64,000 nt of DNA. It comes from Deltaproteobacteria bacterium. GTDB lineage: Bacteria; Myxococcota_A; Polyangia; DRWM01; JAAZOP01. Below the pieces are notes generated by a model that saw nothing but the letters and a program-made list of their open reading frames with translations, had not been told where the DNA came from and did not search any database. Below are positions 54,116 through 63,608 of this stretch, in pieces; within the stretch, counting starts at the first letter, position 1; every line of letters begins with the position of its first letter. Both the position numbers and the translations under genes were made by a program. The stretch lies in contig JACRCZ010000144.1 of assembly GCA_016218765.1 (NCBI GenBank), positions 43,269-107,268 of the forward strand. The letters are read 5' to 3'.

Positions 54116-55651
54116 TCACGGCTCCCCCCGCACCTGCACCCCCAGCGCACGCAGCCAACGGGCCGTCCGAAGACGCCGCTCCCGGCGCACCAGCGACTCC
54201 ACCCGGTGCAACGGGTCGTCGCGATACGGCAGGCCGGGCGAGAAGAGACACCGCAGCCGCACCCGGGCCGCCGCCAGCCGCGCCAGCTCGGGACGCAGCT
54301 CGTTCCACGCGCCAAGGTCGTCCAGGTCGGTGAACAGATGCACCTCGTGGGCACGGGCCCCCGTCCGGCGCGCCAGCGCCAGCGCGTCGCGGATCCCCGC
54401 CACACGCGCCTGCGCCGTGTAACGCTCCTGCACGGGGATCTCGATGCCCCGATCGAGGCAGAATCGCCGGAGCAGCACGTCGCCCGCGTCCTCGCCCCGC
54501 ACCGACCGCGCGGCCGCCGACGCCGACAGGCCCAGGCGTGCCACGGCGCCCACCACCGCCGCTCGATCGAAGAACGCACCGCGCAGCCCCGGAATCCGCG
54601 CGTCGACCCGCTCGTGCAACAAGAGGTAGCGCCCCACCACCTGCGCCAGCTCGTCGGCCGTCACGTCCGTCGCGTCGGCGTCGATGGGCTGGTACGCGTC
54701 GAGCAGCGCGTCCAGGAGCGGCGCGGCCGCCGCACGCCCGCCGCCAGGCGCCACGTGCTGCGACACCCGGTCGTCGAACAGGCACAGCCCGACCGCGTCG
54801 CCCCCACGCAACGCCGCCCGCATCAAAGCGTAGGACTCCGCCGCCAGCGCATCGAACGCCGCACGACCCCCGACCCGGCGCAGCGTCGCGGCCGACGCCT
54901 CCACCGCGACGAGATGACGCCGCGGCAGGTGCCGCTCGTACTCCTTGGTCAACAGCCGCCCGGCACGCGCCGACGGACGCCACGCGATGCGGCGGAACGG
55001 GTCGCCGAAACGGTGGTCGCGGATGTCGCGCAGGTCGGCGTCGTCCCCCGCCACGTTCGGAGCACGGATCCGCGGCAACGGGCCCCGCACCTCGGACCGC
55101 CCGCGGCCGGGCCGCGGCACCCGCGCCGCAAGCTGCGCGGGCAGCACCTTGAGACGCAACGGCGTGGGAAAGTACAGCCGATGGCGGAACAACCCGAGCG
55201 GCGTCGAAATCCAGAGCAGCATCCCGTGCAACACCAGCGTGCCGGGTGCCAGAGGCACGATGCGAATCCGGTGCCGCAGCTCCCGCCCCGCCGGGATCGG
55301 CGGCAAACGCAGTGAACGACGGTCCGGCGCGACTCGCCCCCCCGCGAAGACGTCCGCACGGTCGACGGGCAGACGCAACGGAGACGGATTGCGCACCGCG
55401 ACGTCGATCGCGATCGGTCGCCCCGCAACCGGCCGCACCGCCCGCTCGGCCGGCCCCCACCCCAAACGTAGATTCCCCTCCCGGAAACGCGCCGGACCCG
55501 CCGCCCCCAGCACCGCATCGACCACCAACGGCGCGGCCGCACACGTGGCGAGGAAAACCAGGGTCGGCGACGCCGCCAGCAGGCCGAAGCCCAGCAGGAG
55601 GATCGCAAGCGTCGCGGCGAGGATCCCGCCCGCCGACAACGTCAGGCGCAT
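54116..55651 (-). CDS. DUF58-domain protein (MoxR partner)
   Basis: Two N-terminal TM helices. DLRDIRDHRFGDPFRRIAWRPSARAGRLLTKEYE is the DUF58 hallmark. It lies downstream of moxR. Confidence 0.85.
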   Translation of the reverse strand: MRLTLSAGGILAATLAILLLGFGLLAASPTLVFLATCAAAPLVVDAVLGAAGPARFREGNLRLGWGPAERAVRPVAGRPIAIDVAVRNPSPLRLPVDRADVFAGGRVAPDRRSLRLPPIPAGRELRHRIRIVPLAPGTLVLHGMLLWISTPLGLFRHRLYFPTPLRLKVLPAQLAARVPRPGRGRSEVRGPLPRIRAPNVAGDDADLRDIRDHRFGDPFRRIAWRPSARAGRLLTKEYERHLPRRHLVAVEASAATLRRVGGRAAFDALAAESYALMRAALRGGDAVGLCLFDDRVSQHVAPGGGRAAAAPLLDALLDAYQPIDADATDVTADELAQVVGRYLLLHERVDARIPGLRGAFFDRAAVVGAVARLGLSASAAARSVRGEDAGDVLLRRFCLDRGIEIPVQERYTAQARVAGIRDALALARRTGARAHEVHLFTDLDDLGAWNELRPELARLAAARVRLRCLFSPGLPYRDDPLHRVESLVRRERRLRTARWLRALGVQVRGEP

Positions 55652-55726
55652 CGCAACTCGCCACTCACGACGGCCGACTCGCGACCGCCCACGCGAACCC
55701 CACGATGGCGCCCGTCGCCATGATGC

Positions 55727-56674
55727 TCAACCCTTGCCCCGGGGCCGATGCGGAATCTGCGCCAGCGCCTGGTCGATCCGCGCGTCGGGATCGAAACCCG
55801 CGGCCGCGGCGTCGGGAGTCGGAAGCAGACGGTGCCGGAACACGGGCTTCGCCATCGCCATCACGTCCTCCGGAAGCACGAAGTCGCGCTCCGACAGCAC
55901 CGCCAGCGCCTTCGACGCCTGCAGCAGGTTGAGCGCCGCCCGCGGCGAGGGACCCAGCACCAGCGCGTCGTCGTCGCGCAAATGACGCGCCAACCCCGCC
56001 ACGTACGCGACCAGATCGGACTCGACGTGCGTGCGCGCCACCGCCTCCTGCAACACCAGCACGTCCGCCGCCGTCATGCACAACCCCGTCCGCGGCGCCG
56101 CCGCACCGTAGCGCTCCAGCATCGTCACCTCGTCCTCGAGCGACGGATAATGCAGGTCGATGCGCAGCAGGAAACGGTCGAGCTGCGCCTCGGGCAGCGG
56201 GAACGTGCCCTCCGTCTCCACGGGGTTCTGCGTCGCCACCACGAGGACCGGCGACGGCAGCTCGCGCGTCACCCCCTCGATCGTCACCTGGCGCTCCTGC
56301 ATCGCCTCCAGCATCGCCGACTGCGTCTTGGCCGGCGCACGGTTGATCTCGTCCCCCAGTACGAGCTGCGCGAAAATCGGACCCTCGTGCAAGTGGAACG
56401 TCGCATCCTTGGGGTTGAAGACGTGCGTGCCGACGATGTCCGAAGGCAGAAGGTCGGCCGTGAACTGGATGCGCGAGAAACGCAGGTCGAGCGCCGAGGC
56501 GAAGGCGCGCGCCAGCGTCGTCTTCGCGATGCCGGGAACACCCTCGATCAGCACGTGGCCGCGCGCCAACAGCGCCGCCAGAAGCTGCCGCACCACGTCG
56601 GCAGGCCCGAAATAGGCGTTGCGGATCTCGGCGGCGGCGCGGCGCAGGCGTTGGGCAGGAGACGTCGCTTCCAT
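55727..56674 (-). CDS. moxR: MoxR-family AAA+ ATPase
   Basis: ATG 56674. GHVLIEGVPGIAKT, LLPSDIVG, LGDEINRAPAKTQSAMLEAMQERQVT, ATQNPVE..EAQLDRF motifs. Confidence 0.92.
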   Translation of the reverse strand: MEATSPAQRLRRAAAEIRNAYFGPADVVRQLLAALLARGHVLIEGVPGIAKTTLARAFASALDLRFSRIQFTADLLPSDIVGTHVFNPKDATFHLHEGPIFAQLVLGDEINRAPAKTQSAMLEAMQERQVTIEGVTRELPSPVLVVATQNPVETEGTFPLPEAQLDRFLLRIDLHYPSLEDEVTMLERYGAAAPRTGLCMTAADVLVLQEAVARTHVESDLVAYVAGLARHLRDDDALVLGPSPRAALNLLQASKALAVLSERDFVLPEDVMAMAKPVFRHRLLPTPDAAAAGFDPDARIDQALAQIPHRPRGKG

Positions 56675-56786
56675 GGCCGCAGAGTCTACCAAACAATTGA
56701 AGGCCGTTGGTGCGGTGTTGCCGCACGCGGCGCGCCCTGCTAGGTTGAACGGTGCGCATGAGGGGGACGCGGGTGGAGGACGAGTG

Positions 56787-58121
56787 ATGCGGAAACGCAG
56801 GCGACAACCGGGGTTGCGCCTGTGCCTGGCGACGGCGGCGGCCGGTGCGGTCGCCGCGCTGCTCGCCGCACACGCCTGCGCGACCCAGGACGTCCGGTGC
56901 GGCAACGGCGTCGTGGATCCCGGCGAGGAATGCGACGACAACAACCTCAGCAACGACGACCGCTGCACCAAGTTCTGCCGCCTCTCGATCTGCGGCGACG
57001 GGATCATCGAACGCTCCTCCGAACAGTGCGACGACCGCGGCACCGTGCCGGGCGACGGCTGCGACGCCGCCTGCCGCCGCGAAGGCATGGAGTGCGGCGA
57101 CGGTACCCTGGACGACGTCGGGTCCTGGCCCGAGGAATGCGACGACGGGAACACCACCGACGGCGACGGCTGCTCCGCCAACTGCTTCAACGAAATCGGT
57201 ACCTGCGGCGACGGCACCCGACAGTACGGCGAGGAATGCGACGACGGAAACACGACGCCGTGCGACGGCTGCGACGAGGACTGCCGCACCGAGACCGCAG
57301 GCTCCTGCGACGCCGACGCGACCACCGAGACCGATGCGCCCGACGCCCCGGACGGCGACGCGCGGGACGGCGACGCCGCCGACGGCGACGGCCGGGACGC
57401 CGAAACCGTCGATGGCGAAACGGGCGACGCGGAGTTCGTCGAAGGCGACGGGCGCGACGGCGACGTCGCCGACGGCGACGCGGCCGACGGGGACGGTGAC
57501 GCCGCCGAGGCGCGGGACGGGTGGGACTGCACCGACCCCGTGTGCGACCTGGCGCCCCAGTGCGGCTGCGGCTCGGGCGAGAAATGCACCCTCATCGGCT
57601 CCGGCCGCGGCTGCGGACCGACGGGGTTCCTGGCCGAAGGCCGCGCCTGCACCAGCGACTCGGAGTGCGGAAGCGGCCTCTACTGCGCACCCGCCGTGGA
57701 CACCAGCGTCTTCTTCTGCCACCGCTTCTGCGAGGCGGACGGCGACTGCCTCGGCCCAGGCTCGCGCTGCCTCGTGCCCATCACCGGCGGCTCCCCACCC
57801 ACGACCCTGGGCACCCTCTGCACCGTGAACTGCGACCTCGAGTCCGGGTCCGGCTGCCCGGAAGGCGCCCGCTGCAAGGTCTTCTCCGACGCGGACGGCG
57901 ACTACCTCACCGACTGCTCGGGCGAGGTCGGCAGCGGCCGCCTCGGTCACGCCTGCTCCGACGAATCCGACTGCGCCGCGGGATACTTCTGCTCCCCCTC
58001 CTTCCCCACCTGCCTCCAGTACTGCGTCTTCCCGGACGGCTACTGCGACGGCGGCTACGTCTGCCGCTCCTTCGCGCCGCCCGTCCTCATCGGCACGCGC
58101 ACCTACGGATACTGCGGGTGA
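56787..58121 (+). CDS. Lipoprotein with four Myxococcus-type Cys-rich repeats, Asp/Gly-rich linker and Cys-rich C-terminal domain
   Basis: Lipobox-like LLAAHAC. Repeats CGNGVVDPGEECDD.., CGDGIIE..EQCDD.., CGDGTLD..EECDDGN..DGC. Acidic (DGDxxDG)n linker. Confidence 0.8.
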   Translation: MRKRRRQPGLRLCLATAAAGAVAALLAAHACATQDVRCGNGVVDPGEECDDNNLSNDDRCTKFCRLSICGDGIIERSSEQCDDRGTVPGDGCDAACRREGMECGDGTLDDVGSWPEECDDGNTTDGDGCSANCFNEIGTCGDGTRQYGEECDDGNTTPCDGCDEDCRTETAGSCDADATTETDAPDAPDGDARDGDAADGDGRDAETVDGETGDAEFVEGDGRDGDVADGDAADGDGDAAEARDGWDCTDPVCDLAPQCGCGSGEKCTLIGSGRGCGPTGFLAEGRACTSDSECGSGLYCAPAVDTSVFFCHRFCEADGDCLGPGSRCLVPITGGSPPTTLGTLCTVNCDLESGSGCPEGARCKVFSDADGDYLTDCSGEVGSGRLGHACSDESDCAAGYFCSPSFPTCLQYCVFPDGYCDGGYVCRSFAPPVLIGTRTYGYCG

Positions 58122-58176
58122 GCCGCTCGCCTGCCGGAAACCCCGGAACGCGCCGGACTCGCCGGGCGAACACGCC

Positions 58177-58998
58177 GTGGCACGACTCCTGACCATCGTC
58201 GACTCGGACTTCGCGCTGGACGGCGGCGCGATGATGGGCGTCGTGCCGCGCGCCCTGTGGGAAAAACAACACCCGCCCGACCCGCGCAACCGCATCCCGC
58301 TCGTGTCCCGCTTCGCCGTCGTCGACGACCCGGACGCCGCTCGCGTGTGGCTGCTCGACTGCGGCCTGGGCCGCGACTGGAACCCCAAGGAGCTCGACAT
58401 CTACGACATCCGGCCCCGCGGCACCGACGCGCGCACCCTGCTGCACGACGCGGGCATCGCCCCGGACTCCGTCACCGACCTCGTCCTCACCCACCTGCAC
58501 TTCGATCACGCGGGCGGAATCGCACGCCGCGACCCCACCGGAAAACTGGCGCTCGCGTTCCCCGCCGCACGACACCACGTGCAGGCGTCGCACTGGTCCT
58601 GGGCCCGCTCCCCGACCCCGAAGGACGCAGCCTCCTTCCGCACCGACCACATCGCTCTCCTCGAAGCCTCCAGCCAACTCCGCCTCGTCGACGGCTCGGG
58701 CCCCCTGGGCGGCGCCGTCTCCGTCCGCGCCGTCCACGGCCACACCCCGGGCCTGCAACTCCCCCTCGTCGACGCCGCCGGCGGACCGTACCTCTTCCTC
58801 GCCGATCTCGTGCCCCTGTGGTCGCACCTCCGCCTGCCGTGGATCATGGCCTTCGACAACGAACCCCTCGTCACCCTCGCCGAGAAACGCGCCCTCCTCC
58901 AGGAGGCCGCCTCGCGCCGCTGGGTCCTCATCTCCGAACACGACCCCGGCGAGGCAACCAAGACGCTGGAACCGCCTGTTCCCGTCTTGCATCGCTGA
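58177..58998 (+). CDS. MBL-fold metallo-hydrolase
   Basis: THLHFDHAGG zinc motif and downstream HGHTPG. GTG start. Confidence 0.85.
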   Translation: MARLLTIVDSDFALDGGAMMGVVPRALWEKQHPPDPRNRIPLVSRFAVVDDPDAARVWLLDCGLGRDWNPKELDIYDIRPRGTDARTLLHDAGIAPDSVTDLVLTHLHFDHAGGIARRDPTGKLALAFPAARHHVQASHWSWARSPTPKDAASFRTDHIALLEASSQLRLVDGSGPLGGAVSVRAVHGHTPGLQLPLVDAAGGPYLFLADLVPLWSHLRLPWIMAFDNEPLVTLAEKRALLQEAASRRWVLISEHDPGEATKTLEPPVPVLHR

Positions 58999-59030
58999 TT
59001 CTGCCTTCGGCGTTGCCGCTGCGCCCGACA

Positions 59031-59075
59031 CGTTGTAGATTTCCCGCTGCATGTCTTAGCCTTTGCATTCCGCCG
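59031..59075 (+). repeat. Related T-rich element, copy 4
   Basis: gatttcccgctgcatgtcttagcctttgcattccgcc is about 70-75% identical to the copy 2 core. It lies 35 nt upstream of the vWA lipoprotein ATG. Confidence 0.55.
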
Positions 59076-59108
59076 CCAGGCGAGACGAAACATGGAGGGA
59101 GGATCCGC

Positions 59109-60815
59109 ATGACTCGAAGCTTGTTGGCGACGACGTTGCTCGCGGCGGCGGCGGTCGCCTGCTCGCCGAGCAGCGGGGACGACCAGGAGGACGTGCGCCG
59201 CGAAACAGGGGAGGGCGGCGAAGGCGGCTCCGACGCCACCGACGCCCGCTGGGAAGACGGCTACGTCCCCGTCGACGCCGACGGCGACACCATCGCCGAC
59301 CCGGACGAGGCGTTCGGCGACACCGACGGCGACACCACCCCGGACGGCCTGGACCTGGACTCCGACGCCGACGGACTCGACGACGCCGACGAAGCGGGCG
59401 ACGCGGACCTGTGGACCCCGCCCCGCGACAGCGACGGAGACTACATCCCCGACTTCCGCGACACCGACTCGGACAACGACGGCCTCTCCGACGCGGAGGA
59501 ACGGACCGCGGGCACCGACCCGACCGAGCCGGACTCCGACGGGGACGGCGCGCCCGACGTCGTCGAAGTCGCAAGCGGCACGGATCCGACGGCGCCCGAC
59601 GACAACCCCCACGCGCGGGGAAACTTCGTGTTCGTCATGCCGTACGAAGGTCCGCCGGACCCGCTCCGCGACACCCTCGTCTTCGGCACGTCCATCCGCA
59701 TGGCCGACGTGTTCTTCATGCTCGATCGGTCCGCCTCGATGCGCGGCGAAATCGTGAACCTCACCGACGCCCTCAGCACCACCATCGTGCCGGCCGTCGA
59801 CGCCATCATCCCGGACGTCGCGTTCGGCGCCGGCGATCTCGACATCTGCCCCAAGATCAACTCCTGCAGCAGCGGCGGAACCGCCGTGGGACTCCGCTGC
59901 GGCCAGACGATCGATGAAAACCCGGCCCTGACCCAGACCGCACTCGAGACCATCCGCGACACCTCCGTGTGCAACGGGACCCACGAGCCGTACCTCGCCG
60001 CCGCGTGGCTCATCGCCACCGACGACGAGGACGGACCGGACGGCGACTGGCGCGCCACTCGCGTCACGCACACCGAGTGCGCCCCGGACCACCCGGGAAT
60101 CGGCTGGCCCTGCTTCCGCCCGGGCGCCGTCCCGATCATCGTCCTCGCCGGCGACGAGCCGTTCTACGGCGAAGGACTCGAGGTCTGCACCACGCCCGAC
60201 TTCGCCGCGATGACCGCCGCCCTCAACGCCATCCACGCACGCTTCGTCGGGATCAGCTCCCAGGGCAGCGTCGGCGACTCCGACCTCATGTTCCAGGGAC
60301 TCGTCGATACCTGCAACGCCACCGGCTCCGTCGACGTCGCCGGCAACCCCCTGGCCTTCGAGATCGCCAACGACGGCACCGGCATCGGCGACCAGGTCGT
60401 CGAGGCCATCGAAACCCTCGCCGGCCAGGTCGTCATGGACATCACCGCCGTCGCCGTGGATGTCGACGAAGGACCCGCCGACACCACCGACGCCACCATC
60501 TTCGTCGACTACCTGGAGGCGAACCGCACGGGCGGCGTCGCCGATCCCCGCGACCCGGGACGCATCTGCGCCCCAGGCCTCACCGCCGTCGATACCGACG
60601 GCGACGGCCACCAGGACGAGTTCTCCGACGTCCTGCCGGGTACCATCGTCTGCTTCGACATCGTCCCCCTCGAAAACACCACCGTCACGCCCACCGTCGA
60701 ACCCCAGCTCTTCCGCGCCCAGGTCCAGGTCATGGGCGACTCCGTCGCCATCCTCGACACCCGCGACGTCTACTTCCTCGTCCCCCCCGGCACCTACGTC
60801 GGCCCGCCCATCTAG
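59109..60815 (+). CDS. Lipoprotein with thrombospondin type-3-like Ca-binding repeats and vWA-like domain
   Basis: Lipobox AAAVAC. Repeated DxDxDGxxDxxE motifs. MIDAS-like FFMLDRSASM. Confidence 0.8.
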   Translation: MTRSLLATTLLAAAAVACSPSSGDDQEDVRRETGEGGEGGSDATDARWEDGYVPVDADGDTIADPDEAFGDTDGDTTPDGLDLDSDADGLDDADEAGDADLWTPPRDSDGDYIPDFRDTDSDNDGLSDAEERTAGTDPTEPDSDGDGAPDVVEVASGTDPTAPDDNPHARGNFVFVMPYEGPPDPLRDTLVFGTSIRMADVFFMLDRSASMRGEIVNLTDALSTTIVPAVDAIIPDVAFGAGDLDICPKINSCSSGGTAVGLRCGQTIDENPALTQTALETIRDTSVCNGTHEPYLAAAWLIATDDEDGPDGDWRATRVTHTECAPDHPGIGWPCFRPGAVPIIVLAGDEPFYGEGLEVCTTPDFAAMTAALNAIHARFVGISSQGSVGDSDLMFQGLVDTCNATGSVDVAGNPLAFEIANDGTGIGDQVVEAIETLAGQVVMDITAVAVDVDEGPADTTDATIFVDYLEANRTGGVADPRDPGRICAPGLTAVDTDGDGHQDEFSDVLPGTIVCFDIVPLENTTVTPTVEPQLFRAQVQVMGDSVAILDTRDVYFLVPPGTYVGPPI

Positions 60816-60822
60816 CGGCCCC

Positions 60823-63081
60823 CTACCACGCCCCCGGACTCGCCGACATGTGCAACGTCAAGACCCCGCCCGCCACGACGTCGCCGTGCTCGAGGAACGG
60901 AACGGTCAACGGCTCCCCGTTCAGCTCGGCCGCCGCGATGTACGGACGGTCGGGCGCGTTGCCCTCCGCCTCGATCACGAACGTGCGGGATCCGGGCGCC
61001 CCGGGCGACAGCTCCACCTCGACCCGATCGAACAGCGGACTCCCCAGCGCGTAGCGCGCCGTCCCGGGAGCGTCCGGGTACATGCCCATCGCGGAAAAGA
61101 CGTACCACGCCGAAAGCGTCCCCGCGTCGTCGTTGCCGGGAAGCCCCGCGGGACCGTCGCCGAAAAAACGTCCCATCGCGTCGCGTACCACAAGCTGCGC
61201 GCGGAAGGCCTGCCCCCCCACGTGGTCGAAAAGATACGGAGCGGCCAGATCCGGCTCGTTCCACATCGCAAAACGCCCGGAGTCGAAGAACCCTTGGAGC
61301 CGCGACGCGAAAACATCCTCCCCGTGCAGCGCGACCAGCCCGGCCATGTCGTGCGGAACGAAAAACGCGTACTGCCAGGCCGTGCCCTCCACGTAGCCCG
61401 GACCACCCGAACGCGGCTGGAACAACGAGCCCTCCAGCGCGTCCGGGTCGAACGGCTCCCACCACGACCCGTCGGCGTTCCGCGGACGCAACAGACCCGT
61501 CCCCGCATCGTAGAGGCTCCGCCACGATCGCGCCCGGGCCGCGAACTCGGACGCCTCGCCCGACCGACCGACCGCCGCCGCCAGCGTCGCAAGCGCCGAG
61601 TCCGCCAGCGCGTACTCCAAGGTCGTCGAGACCGGACCCCAGACGTCCGACGACTCCTCCATCGGGACGTAGCCGAGCGAAACGTAGGAATCGAGCCCGG
61701 GACGGTGCGCCGCGTCCCGCGCCGCCGCGGCCAGACGGGGGTACAACCCGTCGAGGTCGAAGTCCGTCAGACCCTTCACCCACGAATCGGAAAAAACGAT
61801 CGCCGCCGGATCACCGACCATCACCCGCACGTCCTCGCCAATCAGCTCCCACAACGGCGGCACCCCCGCCGAGATCGTCAACGACTCGAGCGTCCGCAGC
61901 ATGTCCGCCTGCCGCTCCGGGAACAACAACGTGAGCAAGGGATGGACCGTGCGGTACGTGTCCCAGAGCGAGAAGACCGTGTAGCGTTCGCCGGACGCAA
62001 GGTGCCCCACCGCCCCGCCGGGAAGCGGGTAGTCGCCGCCCCAGTCGCTCGCGACGCTCGGGTGGATCAACGCGTGGTACAGCGCCGTCGTGAATCGGCG
62101 GCGAGAGGTCTCGTCGCCCTCGACCCGCACGCGGCCCAGCGCACGTTGCCAGGCCCGGGCCGCCTCGTCGTGCAGCTCGTCGAACGTCCGCGAGCCGACC
62201 TCGCGCTCGAGCGCCCGGCGGGCGCCATCGACGCCGACCCACGAAAGACCCACCGCCGCCACGATCGGCGCGCCGGCCCCCGTCCGGAAACGGAAGAACG
62301 CGCCGGCATCGCCCTCGGCGGAAGCGGCCGGCGTCAGCGTCTCGCCCACGAACGTCCCCGCCCAGAACGCCGGGCGATCGAAACGCACCACGAAATGCAG
62401 CACCGAGCGGTTCGGCCGCGCGCAGAACAGGCCGAGCTCCACCGAGCCCTCGGCCTCGGTCATGGACACCACCCGGATCCGTCCGGCGTTGGTGCGCCAG
62501 CTCAACCCGCGACCGGCGTCGATCAGCACCGCGGCGTCGTCGCGCTCGGGGAACCAGAAACGCTGGAGGCCGACCCGCGCGGTCGCGGTCAGCTCGCCGT
62601 CGACGCCGGGGCCCGTCAACGTGACCGCGTAGTAGCCGGCATGGGCCCGCTCCCCCTCGTACCCCGACGCGTAGGTCTCCTCCGTGAACCCGGGCGTCGA
62701 GCCGACCACCGGGACGAGCACAGGGGCGCCCAGGTCGGGACACCCCACGCCGCTCAGGTGCGTCTGGCCGAAGCCGCGGATCAGCGGCGCGCCGTGGAGG
62801 TAACCCGCGTTCGCGGGACCGTCGAAGAACGTGAACGGGTCGCGCAACGTCGTGTGCGGACTCGGCGATGCCAGGCCCCACGGAACCACCGCCCCGGGGA
62901 ACGTCTGACCGTCGTTGGCCGTCCCGACAAACGGATCGACCAGGGCCGCCAACGGAGCATCGGCCGGAGGATCCAGCGGACGGTAGGCGCGGGGAGAAGG
63001 AGCGCAGGCGAAGAGGAGCAAGGAATGAAGAAGGCAAAACAGGCAATGAGAAATGGAAAACGGCGGAGGGAAAGGGCGCAT
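60823..63081 (-). CDS. Glycoside hydrolase family 92 (alpha-mannosidase-like) lipoprotein
   Basis: VDPFVGTANDGQTFPGAVVPWG N-terminal GH92 motif and GNDDAGTLSAWYVFSAMGMYP near the C-terminus. ATG 63081 gives a lipobox signal (LLLFAC). The start is uncertain because it lies in a dispersed repeat copy. Confidence 0.85.
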   Translation of the reverse strand: MRPFPPPFSISHCLFCLLHSLLLFACAPSPRAYRPLDPPADAPLAALVDPFVGTANDGQTFPGAVVPWGLASPSPHTTLRDPFTFFDGPANAGYLHGAPLIRGFGQTHLSGVGCPDLGAPVLVPVVGSTPGFTEETYASGYEGERAHAGYYAVTLTGPGVDGELTATARVGLQRFWFPERDDAAVLIDAGRGLSWRTNAGRIRVVSMTEAEGSVELGLFCARPNRSVLHFVVRFDRPAFWAGTFVGETLTPAASAEGDAGAFFRFRTGAGAPIVAAVGLSWVGVDGARRALEREVGSRTFDELHDEAARAWQRALGRVRVEGDETSRRRFTTALYHALIHPSVASDWGGDYPLPGGAVGHLASGERYTVFSLWDTYRTVHPLLTLLFPERQADMLRTLESLTISAGVPPLWELIGEDVRVMVGDPAAIVFSDSWVKGLTDFDLDGLYPRLAAAARDAAHRPGLDSYVSLGYVPMEESSDVWGPVSTTLEYALADSALATLAAAVGRSGEASEFAARARSWRSLYDAGTGLLRPRNADGSWWEPFDPDALEGSLFQPRSGGPGYVEGTAWQYAFFVPHDMAGLVALHGEDVFASRLQGFFDSGRFAMWNEPDLAAPYLFDHVGGQAFRAQLVVRDAMGRFFGDGPAGLPGNDDAGTLSAWYVFSAMGMYPDAPGTARYALGSPLFDRVEVELSPGAPGSRTFVIEAEGNAPDRPYIAAAELNGEPLTVPFLEHGDVVAGGVLTLHMSASPGAW
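63021..63070 (-). repeat. Related T-rich element, copy 5, overlapping the GH92 signal-peptide codons
   Basis: The reverse complement ccgccgttttccatttctcattgcctgttttgccttcttcattcc aligns to copy 2 at about 70% with 3 indels. Confidence 0.55.
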
Positions 63082-63152
63082 CGGGGAGGAATATAGCGCG
63101 GGATACGAGGCCAGGCGCCGTGGCAGGCAATCATGCTCCGTGTGGGCGATGC

Positions 63153-63497
63153 TCAACGGGGCGGGCTCGAGGTACGGGTCGGTGCGGCCGCGGTCTCTTC
63201 GCGCACCCACTCGACGTACGGCGCGAACGAGGCGCCGACGTCCGGCGCGAGCACCACGATCTCGGGCACCTCGTAGGGGTGAAGCTCCCGCAACCGCGCC
63301 ACGCAACGGTCCAGCGCCCCGGCCGCCGTCTTCACCAGCAGCGTCGTCTCGGGATCGCGCTCCACCTTCCCCTTCCAACGATAGGTCGACCGCACGCCGG
63401 GAATCGCGTTCACGCACGCGGCACAGCGCTCCTCGACCAGGCGCGAAGCGATCTCGTCGGCCTTGTCCGGCGGGCAGTTGCTGAGGATGATGCGCAT
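63153..63497 (-). CDS. cutA: Divalent-cation tolerance protein CutA
   Basis: CAACVNAIPGVRSTYRWKGKVE..ELHPYEVPEI signature. Length 114 aa. Confidence 0.88.
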   Translation of the reverse strand: MRIILSNCPPDKADEIASRLVEERCAACVNAIPGVRSTYRWKGKVERDPETTLLVKTAAGALDRCVARLRELHPYEVPEIVVLAPDVGASFAPYVEWVREETAAAPTRTSSPPR

Positions 63498-63608
63498 GTG
63501 GAAGGCTTAGCCCGGATGGACCGCGCAGCGCAACCGCTCCCGCTTTCGCGCCAAGGACGCCAGGAGGCCAAGCACGCCAGGAGGGAGAGGGAAGGGCGGA
63601 CGGCGCGG

